64,000 nt of DNA from Pyrinomonadaceae bacterium (GTDB taxonomy: Bacteria > Acidobacteriota > Blastocatellia > Pyrinomonadales > Pyrinomonadaceae), in NCBI GenBank assembly GCA_035474235.1, contig DATINM010000051.1:40437-104436 (forward strand). Direction: 5' to 3'. Positions within the stretch are counted from its first letter, which is position 1. Each line of letters begins with the position of its first letter. Made by a program: the position numbers and the translations under genes. This document shows positions 19,969 to 27,911 of the stretch, one piece after another. The notes under the pieces are model-generated. The model saw only the letters and a list, made by a program, of their open reading frames with translations. It searched no databases and was not told where the DNA came from.

Positions 19969-20283
19969 ATGGGAACGGCACGTCAGAAGGCGGAGCGGCT
20001 TGCCGAAAAACTGCTGCGGGTGCGGCTTGAACTCGGGCTTTCGCAGACCGAGATGCACAGGCGCTTAAATGCCGAGGACATGGTTGCGTACACCAGAATT
20101 TCCGAGTACGAGCGAGGAATACGCGAGCCGCCTCTGCCGATTCTGCTGCGCTACGCTCGCGTTGCCGGGGTGCCGACCGAAGTGCTCGTTGACGACGAAC
20201 TCGACCTGCCGAAGAAACTGCCCGGCCCGACGAATCACGAAGAAATCAGACGCAAGTTTACCCCTTCCCGTAAAAAACGTTAG
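19969..20283 (+). CDS. XRE/Cro-C1-family helix-turn-helix transcriptional regulator
   Basis: LRVRLELGLSQTEMHRRL......ISEYERGIREPPLPILLRYARVAGVPTEVLVDD is a typical HTH_3 pattern. GGGAGG SD. It lies in the AT-richer island. Confidence 0.8.
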   Translation: MGTARQKAERLAEKLLRVRLELGLSQTEMHRRLNAEDMVAYTRISEYERGIREPPLPILLRYARVAGVPTEVLVDDELDLPKKLPGPTNHEEIRRKFTPSRKKR

Positions 20284-20323
20284 GCGACTCACCGCGCGCG
20301 TATCGCCCGTCAGTAAGCGCAGG

Positions 20324-21076
20324 TTAAAGTTTAGCGTCTAGTCTGGCAGCGGCCCTGGCGGAAACCTTTGAATGTAAGTCGGAAAGTGATTCGTAATCGA
20401 GGAAGTTGACTTCGGAGCGGATCGAAGTGAATGCTGTATAACCCATCTTTTTTTGGAATTCACCAAGCCTTGCTTTATCGGCGACGATGTAGAATCTGAT
20501 TTTAAAATCCTGAAACTCGACGAACTTGAGCAGCGAATTTTGAATGTCGGTGGAATGCTCCACTTCAAAAAAGGCTTCCGGGAACTTTCTATTATTGAAC
20601 CAAGAGACATCAACCGTTCTGGCTCTTCTCAGGAGTGAGTCGTAAGTGAAATTATAAAACTCCTTCAGCGTGGCGACCTCCGACAGCCTTCGCTCCAGAA
20701 ACGGTTTGTTCTTGTCTTGATGCGGGACGAAGGTTTCATGGTTCGTCAGGTTTCCAATCTCGATGAGTAGTCCCTGATAGTAGCTATGGTTGAACACTTC
20801 AGGGTTACGCGCATTGGCCTTCTCATCGAGTTTGAGCTTTGACAGCACCGCATCGCGCTCAGACGCGAGTGCCCACAGGCCGGGCCTGATTCTGAAAAAA
20901 TGATTCGGGTATACCTGAACTATGCGGCGGATACTCGCGAACGGCGTCTTCGTTCCCCACCGGCAGCCTTCAATCTTCGTGGCCGTGCGATACAGTTGGC
21001 CGAGCGTGGCGTAACCGCCGTTCTCGCGCATGGCCTGAATGACCGCCTCGTATTGTCTCATCGCGCCGCCTCTCAA
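20324..21076 (-). CDS. Two-domain protein: N-terminal HARE-HTH-like winged helix plus C-terminal PD-(D/E)XK-like nuclease domain (putative)
   Basis: N-terminus YEAVIQAMRENGGYATLGQLYRTA.......TPFASIRRIVQVYPNHFFRIRPGLWAL matches the HARE-HTH pattern. C-terminus has VDVSWF...AFFEVEHSTDI (D...ExE-type nuclease-like motif). It lies 29 nt downstream of the restriction endonuclease (REase) gene on the same strand. Both domain calls are made by eye. Confidence 0.5.
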   Translation of the reverse strand: MRGGAMRQYEAVIQAMRENGGYATLGQLYRTATKIEGCRWGTKTPFASIRRIVQVYPNHFFRIRPGLWALASERDAVLSKLKLDEKANARNPEVFNHSYYQGLLIEIGNLTNHETFVPHQDKNKPFLERRLSEVATLKEFYNFTYDSLLRRARTVDVSWFNNRKFPEAFFEVEHSTDIQNSLLKFVEFQDFKIRFYIVADKARLGEFQKKMGYTAFTSIRSEVNFLDYESLSDLHSKVSARAAARLDAKL

Positions 21077-21105
21077 GCGATAAAATTACTTCGGGCGAGT
21101 ATAAA

Positions 21106-22080
21106 CTAAGCGGCGAACTCTTTCTGCCCTTTTATAGCGACTTTAAGCAGACGGCGTAAAGCCCATTCCAGTTGTCCCTCCTTGGCGAGCCGAATGTTAA
21201 CAAGGTAATCAATTCTATCAAACGCCTCCCGCAGCGCGGCTCGCATCTTCAGCCACCCATAGCCATCCGTGACCCAGATAAAACCTATACCTGCTTTGTT
21301 GAGGATTTGCTGGCGCGCGAAGTATTCGGCTGCGATGGATTCGGGCTTTGAGCCGGTCGAGCCGTAATGATTAACTTCTATGACAGCGAAACGGCGCGGC
21401 GGCTTGCTCGTCCAAAAGGCCCAGTCCCATTTCTTCCTCGTAAATCCTCCGGGCAGAACACAGCCTTGTGAGGCTAAGAATGCATAAGTTGCTTCGGCCC
21501 TTACTTCGATCTGGGGAAACTTTTTGAGCGTCTGTTCGACGGTCGGGCGAAGAGCTTCAATCGCGCACTTGCCGCTGCGATTTTTACGCGCATTGCTATC
21601 AAGACCTACCTCTACGCCGGTGGCGTAGTCGAATACGGACTTGATTTGTTCGAGCAGAAACAGGATGCCCGATTTGAGTAGGAACTCGACGTAACCTTCT
21701 ACCTGATCGTCAGTCAGAGGAAGCTTAGCTATCGAGAAATCATATGACTTAACAACTCCCAGATTTAAATCCTCTGCCAGAGATATGACGCACCGCGAAG
21801 TGTTTCGCTCTGCGTTTGCTATCAGAACGGGGAGCACGGGAATAACCTGCGGGTACTTTCGTAGCAACTCCCGCGCGGCCTGCTCTTTGTCGGGTGCGCT
21901 GCAAAGAGAGCTTAGAAGGAAAAGCTCGTGCCGGTAGCGCTCGACGTTAGTGAATACCTTTTTCCAGTCCACGTAATAATCGGCGTCGTAATAAGACCGA
22001 AGCTCAGCGACAAAACGGTCGAAAGCCTCATCCGAAGACTTGGCCCCGAAGCGGTCTTCATAAAAGAAAAGGTCAGCCAT
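21106..22080 (-). CDS. Type II restriction endonuclease, DpnII/MboI family (predicted GATC-specific)
   Basis: DYYVDWKKVF..V, YPQVIPVLPVLIA, FLLKSGILFLLEQ, DYATGVEVGLDSNARKNRSGK, VIEVNHYGSTGSKPE and FIWVTDGYGW line up with my recollection of R.DpnII (..YVTGVEVGMDTNGRKNRTG.., ..IEVNFYSGSGSKLNE.., ..WITDGQGW..). Confidence 0.75.
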   Translation of the reverse strand: MADLFFYEDRFGAKSSDEAFDRFVAELRSYYDADYYVDWKKVFTNVERYRHELFLLSSLCSAPDKEQAARELLRKYPQVIPVLPVLIANAERNTSRCVISLAEDLNLGVVKSYDFSIAKLPLTDDQVEGYVEFLLKSGILFLLEQIKSVFDYATGVEVGLDSNARKNRSGKCAIEALRPTVEQTLKKFPQIEVRAEATYAFLASQGCVLPGGFTRKKWDWAFWTSKPPRRFAVIEVNHYGSTGSKPESIAAEYFARQQILNKAGIGFIWVTDGYGWLKMRAALREAFDRIDYLVNIRLAKEGQLEWALRRLLKVAIKGQKEFAA

Positions 22081-22985
22081 CTGTAACCCCCCCCCCCCCC
22101 AACAGTTACGGGCGGATCAAAGGTCAGGCTGTCTTGCCTCTCTCGTGCGACCGTCTCATCCATAATCCTTTTGGCTGCGGCCTCCAAAAAATCCTTGTCT
22201 AACTCAAAGCCTACGAAGTGGCGGCCCGTGCGGGCACAGACCGTGCCCGTAGTGCCGCTGCCGCAGAAAGGGTCGAGGACGAGGTCGTGTGGGTTTGTTG
22301 ACGCGCGGATGATTCGGTCGAGCAGCGCTTCGGGTTTCTGCGTAGGGTGCTTGCCGTATCGTTTCTCGCGCGGGGCGGGAGGCTTTATCTGCCAGAGCGA
22401 TTGCATCTGACGGTCGCGGTTCTCGCGCTTCATCTCCGCGTAGTTGAAGGTGTGACGCGCCTTCGGGTTGCGACGCGCCCAGAGAATCGTCTCGGTCGCG
22501 TGCGTGAAGTAGCGGCAAGAGAGGTTTGGCGGCGGGTTGACCTTGTACCAGGCGATGTCGTTCAGAATCTTGAAGCCGAGCATCTGCATCGCGAATCCGA
22601 CGCTGTAGATGTTATGCGCCGTCCCCGTCACCCAGATGCTCCCGTTCGGCTTGAGCAGGCGGCGGCACTCTTCGAGCCACACGAGATTGAATTTGTGTAT
22701 CTCCTCGAAGGTCGCGGCCTTGTCCCACACGCCCTTATTGACGCTGACCATCCGTCCCGCGTGACACGTGATGCCGTCATTCGAGAGGAAGTAGGGCGGG
22801 TCTGCGAATATCAGGTCGAAGTGCGAGTCCTTAGCCTTCTTCAAAAGTTCGAGCGCGTCGCCGCGATAGAGCCACAGGCCGTGCGCCTTGTCCTCGAAGA
22901 AAGGTGCGGGCGTGTCGTGAGGCATCAACGCTTCCCACGGAGAGTCGTCTGCGGATTCTGAAACTGCCGGACTCGTCGTTGACAT
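21912..22985 (-). CDS. Beta-class N6-adenine (or N4-cytosine) DNA methyltransferase. As sequenced, its 3' end runs 56 codons out of frame into the REase gene.
   Basis: Motif IV FDLIFADPPYFL precedes motif I VLDPFCGSGTTGTVC, which is the beta-class order. After the G14 tract the protein reads GGGGGYRWLTFSF..., an out-of-frame translation of the REase 5' end. Confidence 0.85.
   Translation of the reverse strand: MSTTSPAVSESADDSPWEALMPHDTPAPFFEDKAHGLWLYRGDALELLKKAKDSHFDLIFADPPYFLSNDGITCHAGRMVSVNKGVWDKAATFEEIHKFNLVWLEECRRLLKPNGSIWVTGTAHNIYSVGFAMQMLGFKILNDIAWYKVNPPPNLSCRYFTHATETILWARRNPKARHTFNYAEMKRENRDRQMQSLWQIKPPAPREKRYGKHPTQKPEALLDRIIRASTNPHDLVLDPFCGSGTTGTVCARTGRHFVGFELDKDFLEAAAKRIMDETVARERQDSLTFDPPVTVGGGGGYRWLTFSFMKTASGPSLRMRLSTVLSLSFGLITTPIITWTGKRYSLTSSATGTSFSF
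22087..22100. repeat. Homopolymer: C14 on the plus strand, G14 on the coding strand, at the MTase/REase junction
   Basis: Counted directly: cccc (22087-22090) plus cccccccccc (22091-22100). It ends 6 nt upstream of the REase ATG (22080). Confidence 0.95.
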
Positions 22986-23130
22986 GAAGATGGAATCTAA
23001 GCCGAACCCCGGGCGCGCTCGCCTGATCTCCCGAAAGCGGATCGGATCGTTGATCGAATCTGTGGGAACGTCAAGGCGCGCGGGCGCCAGCGCGAGCGAC
23101 CTAAATTCTTCGACTTGTTTGATTAAGTTT

Positions 23131-24126
23131 TTAGACTGCGGCGCGCAGCGATTGTGCGATGAGCGGGACGACGCGGCGCGGGACGGCGACGGCCTCTCTG
23201 ATGTGGCGGGAGTTTGTGAAGTGGCCTGCGACGTAGAGGCCGTGGACGTTGGTCTCGAAAGTCTCGGGGTCGTAAGACGGAATTTCGGTGAGGCCGGACT
23301 TCTCGACGCGGACGCCCGCCTCGCGCAGCAAGGTCAGGTCTGCGTCGCTGCCGATGAGTATGAAGACGGCGGCGTTCGGGAGCGCGTGCGAAGCGCCGCG
23401 GTCGTCTTTGATTCTGACTTCTGTTTCGGTTATCTCCTCGACCTCGGAGAAGAGGAAGAGGCGCAGGCGGCCTTCCGCGATCTCGCGTTCGAGCGGCACG
23501 CGAACCCAGTGCTTGATGCAGCCGCGCTTCGGGTCGCGGTTCTCCCAGTCCGAGGGCCAGATGGCAAACGTCGGGCGCGCGCCGCCTTCGGAGAGAAAGA
23601 GCGCGGCCTCGGCAGCGGAGTTGCCGCCGCCGACGACGAGCACGTCCTTGCGGACGTAAGGGTAAGGCTCGACGAAGCGATGGTGCACTTTCGGCAGGTC
23701 TTCGCCGGGCACTCCGAGCCGCCGCCGACGCGCCATCGCGCCCGTGCAGACGAGCAGCCGCAAAGCCTCGTACTCATCGCGCGTCGTTCGGACGCGGAAG
23801 CCCTCCGCGCCGAGAGGCTCGATGCGCGTGACGGCCTCCTCGGTGTTGATATGAAGATTATGTTCGAGCGCGAAGTGGACGTAGTAGGAGAGCAACTCCT
23901 CGCGCGTCGGCTTCTCGCGGCAGGGCTTCAATCCGCCCTCACTCAACTCAAGCTCGTTCGTCGTCGAGAAGACGGTCAGGCCGACTGGGTATTGATAGAC
24001 GGTGTCGGCGATTAGACCTTTTTCGACGACGAGATAGTCGAGTCCCTCGCGCGCCGCAACGTCCGCCGCGGAAAGACCGGCGGGGCCCGCGCCGATGATA
24101 AGCAAGTCGAGTCGTCCGTCGTTCAT
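23131..24126 (-). CDS. ypdA: YpdA-family FAD/NAD(P)-dependent disulfide reductase (putative bacillithiol disulfide reductase)
   Basis: LLIIGAGPAGLSAA......YLVVEKG.IADTVYQYPVGLTVFSTTNELEL....L....KPTREELLSYY matches the YpdA N-terminal pattern. There is a second Rossmann motif, VLVVGGGNSAAEAA. Confidence 0.7.
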   Translation of the reverse strand: MNDGRLDLLIIGAGPAGLSAADVAAREGLDYLVVEKGLIADTVYQYPVGLTVFSTTNELELSEGGLKPCREKPTREELLSYYVHFALEHNLHINTEEAVTRIEPLGAEGFRVRTTRDEYEALRLLVCTGAMARRRRLGVPGEDLPKVHHRFVEPYPYVRKDVLVVGGGNSAAEAALFLSEGGARPTFAIWPSDWENRDPKRGCIKHWVRVPLEREIAEGRLRLFLFSEVEEITETEVRIKDDRGASHALPNAAVFILIGSDADLTLLREAGVRVEKSGLTEIPSYDPETFETNVHGLYVAGHFTNSRHIREAVAVPRRVVPLIAQSLRAAV

Positions 24127-24217
24127 GGCTTCCTTGAACGACTCAATCCTCGCACGCGCGGGCGCAGGGTCGCAACCCCGCGCGTGCGTCGCAGACCCGG
24201 ACGGACTCGAACGGTCT

Positions 24218-27163
24218 TTAATCCGAACATTCGGGGAGGGGAACGGTGGTCGTGCCGGGCGGATTGCCCAGATAGCAGCGCGCCTGCGTCTGGAACGATT
24301 CGATGTCTGTGACCGTGCCGCCCTTGCAGATCAGGTTGACGATGTATTCGCCGAGCGCGCGGTAGCTCTCGAACTGCGACTCGCTGTACATCTGATCGGC
24401 GGTTGACTCGTGCGGGAAGGCCGGGTTCGACTTGGCGTAGTGGAAGACGTCGGCAGGCTCGCCGCCGTAGATGTTCGGCTTGATGTAGATGATCGTGCCG
24501 TTGACTGCCGTCTCGCCGTCCTTCTTCTTGTAGCAGATCGTGCCGACGGCGCAGAACTTCTCCTTCAGGTCGTCGGCCTGAAGGAAGGCTATCTCGTCGC
24601 GGTCTTTCGGCGTGACGGGGATATTGTCGAAGAGGATTGGGATGCCGAGGTCGTCGCGGATTTTGCTGACGGCGTTGCCGAGGTCGCTGAAGGTGAAGGT
24701 CGGGTCTGCGCTCCCGTCGCTGACGACGATTGTGTGGCAGCGGCGCAAGACCATCTCGTAGAGGCCGAGGTTCTCGAAGTGCCCGCCGTCGGAGAGATAG
24801 ACGTATGGGTGACGGTCGTCCGTCCAGCCCAGAGTCTCCGCGATGATGGGGCGCGGGCCGTAGGTCGGGCCGGACTTGTCGTAAGTCGAATCGCCGGCCT
24901 TGCCCGGGTTGCCGAGCCACCAGCCGAGACGGACGTTGAAGAGCGAGAGGAGAAACGTGACGAAGGTCGAGGAATAGTAGCCCATGTTCGGACTCGCCGC
25001 CGCGCCGGAAATCGCGACCGCCGTGCCGAGCGAGATGCCGCGCTCCATAGCCTTGTCGTAGCCGTACTCTTTGGAATCGCGATAGCCGAGACAGAAACTC
25101 CCCGAATAGAGGCGCGAGGATGTGAACGACTCGGCCTTTCTGTCCTGCCATGCCAACTGCTCGCCCGAAAGGCTTACGAGGTTCAAGGTCATGTTGACGA
25201 CGTGCAGCGGCCTCTCGGCAAGCTCGCTCATAGGCATGTTGTCCGCTTCGTCGAAGCCTGTGAAGGGGTTTGGGCGTCGCTCGGACTTGGGTCGCGACGC
25301 GCCGAGGTATGCGCGTATGAGCCGGTCGCGGTAGGCAGCGTGCAGAGAGAACTTGTTGATGTTGACGCAAAGCCCCATCAGGAAACCCGCCAGGACGACG
25401 ACGAAAGAGAGCGCGAACACGAACCTGCCCGGTAGGTGATAGATAATGTTAAGAAACCCGTAGCTATCGTAGGGCAGGTGTTGATATGCATCCCATTTTA
25501 TCTCATGGATGGCGAGTAGAGACCTAAGCCCGTACCAGTCAGCCCAAGAACCCGCGCCTGCAAGCGCGTCGTAGATTGCGCGGTAAAGTAAGGTAGTCGC
25601 GAGCGACATGATGATCAGCAGGAAGACGGCGAAGACGGGAGCCGCGAGCGCGAGCGCGTAGCGCTTGAGTAGCTGAGTCCACCCGGAAGCGTTCTGCTTC
25701 TTCTCCTCTTTATTGTTCGCGGCCGTCTGACCGCTCGTGCCGCCGCCTATCGTTACAATCCCCGCGGCGCTCCCGATTGCAGTGATTATCTTCGGGCCGA
25801 AGTAGAAGAGCGCGACGGGGCCGAAGATCACGATCACGCTTACGATGATCCACAGCGCGGCGGCGATCAAGACCCATGCGCCCGCACGCGCCAGCCACTC
25901 GCGGTCTGCGTCCGTCGTCTTGCGGCTGGCGAATCCGACGAAGAGCGTCGAGGCGATGAGGAAGAGTATCAGGAAGGTCGGCGCGGCGAAGCAGACGTAA
26001 AGCGACGTGCTCAAGACCGTCGCGGTCTCCGTATCCTTCACGATAGGATTATCGAAGATGTTGGCGGCGACGAGGTAAGTCAGAAGACCGCCGATGAGTC
26101 CCGTGGGAACGGCGAAGAAAGGCTCGGCGAGAAGCACCCTTCGCAAAAGTAGAATTTGCGCGACGACGTATGCGCCGCCGTAGAGCAGCATGCCGAAGAA
26201 CGCGAACGAGAAGGCATTGTGTATGTTGCCGAACGGCGCGAGCCTGAGTTGATCCATCGGCGCGCGAAGCCATGCCCAGTAGGTCGTGATCGCGCTCGCG
26301 AGCACGAGCAGAGGGGCCACGCAGAGTATTAGGAACCACCACTCGCCCCTGTACTTCTCCCGCAGGCGGCTCGCGTCGAGGCCGGAAGGCTTGGGGTCTG
26401 CGATGCTCGGACGGTTGGCGATGATGAAGGCGATTGCGAGTATGCCGAAGACGACGGCGAGCAAGTAGGCGAAGCCCGTCCATCCGCCGCCGCCGCCCCA
26501 CCGCGCGACCGCGAGGCTCAGCCGCGGGATGACGAGCACGCCGAATATCAGTGGGACGAGCACGAGTTGAATGAGAAAGAGGTTTCGGAAGTAGATGGCT
26601 ACGAGCGTCCAAGTGTCCGCCGACAGCAGCCCTAGCCGCGGACTCATGTAGTTGCTGTATGAGCGTAGGTGTCTGACAGTCTCCGGCTCCGGCTGAAGCT
26701 TCGGCGCGGGCGGATTGTTGAGTTCATCCTGTATGTCTCTGAGCGCATCCCGCGCGCTCTTCTTCGAGCGCTCGCTCTCGCGCCTTAGCCATGCGGAGAA
26801 CCAGCCACCGAGGTATCCGCCGCCCGAAACGGTCGAGAGGTAATCGAACTCCGTGAGCAACTTCTTGCGCGCAAGCCCCTGCAACACGCCCAGCCCGAAC
26901 GTCGCGCTCCGAATCCCGCCGCCCGAAAAGCACAAGGCCGCGCGCTTATCACCATTTCGCGCGCGCTCGTGGATGAGATCGCAGATGGCCGACAAGCGCT
27001 TGTCGGCCTCCGCCTTCTTCTTCTCGTCCTTCTCTTTTTCAGTCAGCCCTTTCTCTTTATCTATTTCGCTCAGCGGTCTCCTTGGATAGTCGGGAAGGTT
27101 TTTGTAGAGTTCCTGATACTCTTTCTCTAAAACTTCGCAAAGATGAAATGGGCCGTTAGACAT
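24218..27163 (-). CDS. Patatin-like phospholipase whose catalytic halves are separated by a multi-TM insert of about 500 aa
   Basis: N-terminus: ALCFSGGGIRSATFGLGVL (oxyanion GGGxR) and LSTVSGGGYLGGW (nucleophile-Ser region). About 10 hydrophobic helices span aa 190-640. C-terminus: YVYLSDGGHFENLGLYEMV (catalytic Asp, DGG). Confidence 0.75.
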   Translation of the reverse strand: MSNGPFHLCEVLEKEYQELYKNLPDYPRRPLSEIDKEKGLTEKEKDEKKKAEADKRLSAICDLIHERARNGDKRAALCFSGGGIRSATFGLGVLQGLARKKLLTEFDYLSTVSGGGYLGGWFSAWLRRESERSKKSARDALRDIQDELNNPPAPKLQPEPETVRHLRSYSNYMSPRLGLLSADTWTLVAIYFRNLFLIQLVLVPLIFGVLVIPRLSLAVARWGGGGGWTGFAYLLAVVFGILAIAFIIANRPSIADPKPSGLDASRLREKYRGEWWFLILCVAPLLVLASAITTYWAWLRAPMDQLRLAPFGNIHNAFSFAFFGMLLYGGAYVVAQILLLRRVLLAEPFFAVPTGLIGGLLTYLVAANIFDNPIVKDTETATVLSTSLYVCFAAPTFLILFLIASTLFVGFASRKTTDADREWLARAGAWVLIAAALWIIVSVIVIFGPVALFYFGPKIITAIGSAAGIVTIGGGTSGQTAANNKEEKKQNASGWTQLLKRYALALAAPVFAVFLLIIMSLATTLLYRAIYDALAGAGSWADWYGLRSLLAIHEIKWDAYQHLPYDSYGFLNIIYHLPGRFVFALSFVVVLAGFLMGLCVNINKFSLHAAYRDRLIRAYLGASRPKSERRPNPFTGFDEADNMPMSELAERPLHVVNMTLNLVSLSGEQLAWQDRKAESFTSSRLYSGSFCLGYRDSKEYGYDKAMERGISLGTAVAISGAAASPNMGYYSSTFVTFLLSLFNVRLGWWLGNPGKAGDSTYDKSGPTYGPRPIIAETLGWTDDRHPYVYLSDGGHFENLGLYEMVLRRCHTIVVSDGSADPTFTFSDLGNAVSKIRDDLGIPILFDNIPVTPKDRDEIAFLQADDLKEKFCAVGTICYKKKDGETAVNGTIIYIKPNIYGGEPADVFHYAKSNPAFPHESTADQMYSESQFESYRALGEYIVNLICKGGTVTDIESFQTQARCYLGNPPGTTTVPLPECSD

Positions 27164-27871
27164 AGAATGACTCCTGGCTTGGTTGGCGAGTGAAGGTTAA
27201 ATCCCGAATCACGCGGCTGTGTAACGAGCGTTCGACGTGCGTATTAAGTGAGATGCCGGCTGGTCAAGTCGCGTCTGCCAGTCGCACCTCAGTCGCGTTT
27301 ACTTCTCAGGCTGAGAATCTTTTTCATTTGGAGTCGCGCCGCGACGGGTCGGCGCGATTCGGCGTCGAGCTATTCGAGATACCGATCCCCGCCGAGGAAT
27401 CATCACAGAAGAGAGCGGGATCGTGGTGAACCGCCGGCACGGTAGGGCTTGTGTCGGCTCGGAAGCCGGTTGAAAGCGTCGGCAAAAATATTCCCGCACG
27501 AAAATATTGTCAATCACTTTTTTCCGCACACGTATCATGCTGCAAATCTCTGTACGGAAAATTGGAACGCCACCGGCGAAAGAAGATGAAAGCCCCGCAA
27601 GGGCGACTCCGGCAGTCGCCGGAAAAGAGTATCGAGCCGCGCCCGCGCTCAAGCGGGCCGGCGGTTTCCGAATTGGCGCGCGGGCGGTACGTCGTCTTTG
27701 ATTCAGCCTTCGCCTGCTAAAAAAGTCGGAGCGCGCGCGACCGTCTTCTCGTGCCTTCTCTAAATCTATAATGCTGTTTTGAGGAAAAACATTTCGCGCG
27801 CAGACCGTCGTTAGAGATGCGTCGTGCGTCGCTTGTCGCCGGACGCGCAGGCGTGGCCGCGCGCTAACTGT

Positions 27872-27901
27872 TTGCGCGCTTTCGGAAGCGCTCGCTATAA
27901 T
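27872..27901 (+). promoter_or_regulatory. Candidate promoter for the dapA-like gene
   Basis: TTGCGC-18 nt-TATAAT. The -10 box overlaps the ORF-track ATG at 27900. The next ATG (27912) is 10 nt downstream, so the leader would be very short or absent. Confidence 0.3.
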
Positions 27902-27911
27902 GCCCGGCCTT

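Noticed and set aside
21912-22080. A genuine 169-nt MTase/REase coding overlap.
   Set aside because: The overlapped MTase tail (YRWLTFSFMKTASGPSLRMRLS...) is simply the REase 5' end read in another frame after a G14 tract. A homopolymer length change, biological or artefactual, is the simpler explanation. It is reported as a finding instead.
27405-27455. A cobalamin-riboswitch-like string (GGGATCGTGGTGAACCGCCGGCACGGTA).
   Set aside because: There is only a loose resemblance to the GGTGAA...CCACTG core, and there is no B12 box. The nearest downstream gene is about 450 nt away and has no cobalamin-related function. An Infernal scan would be needed to settle this.
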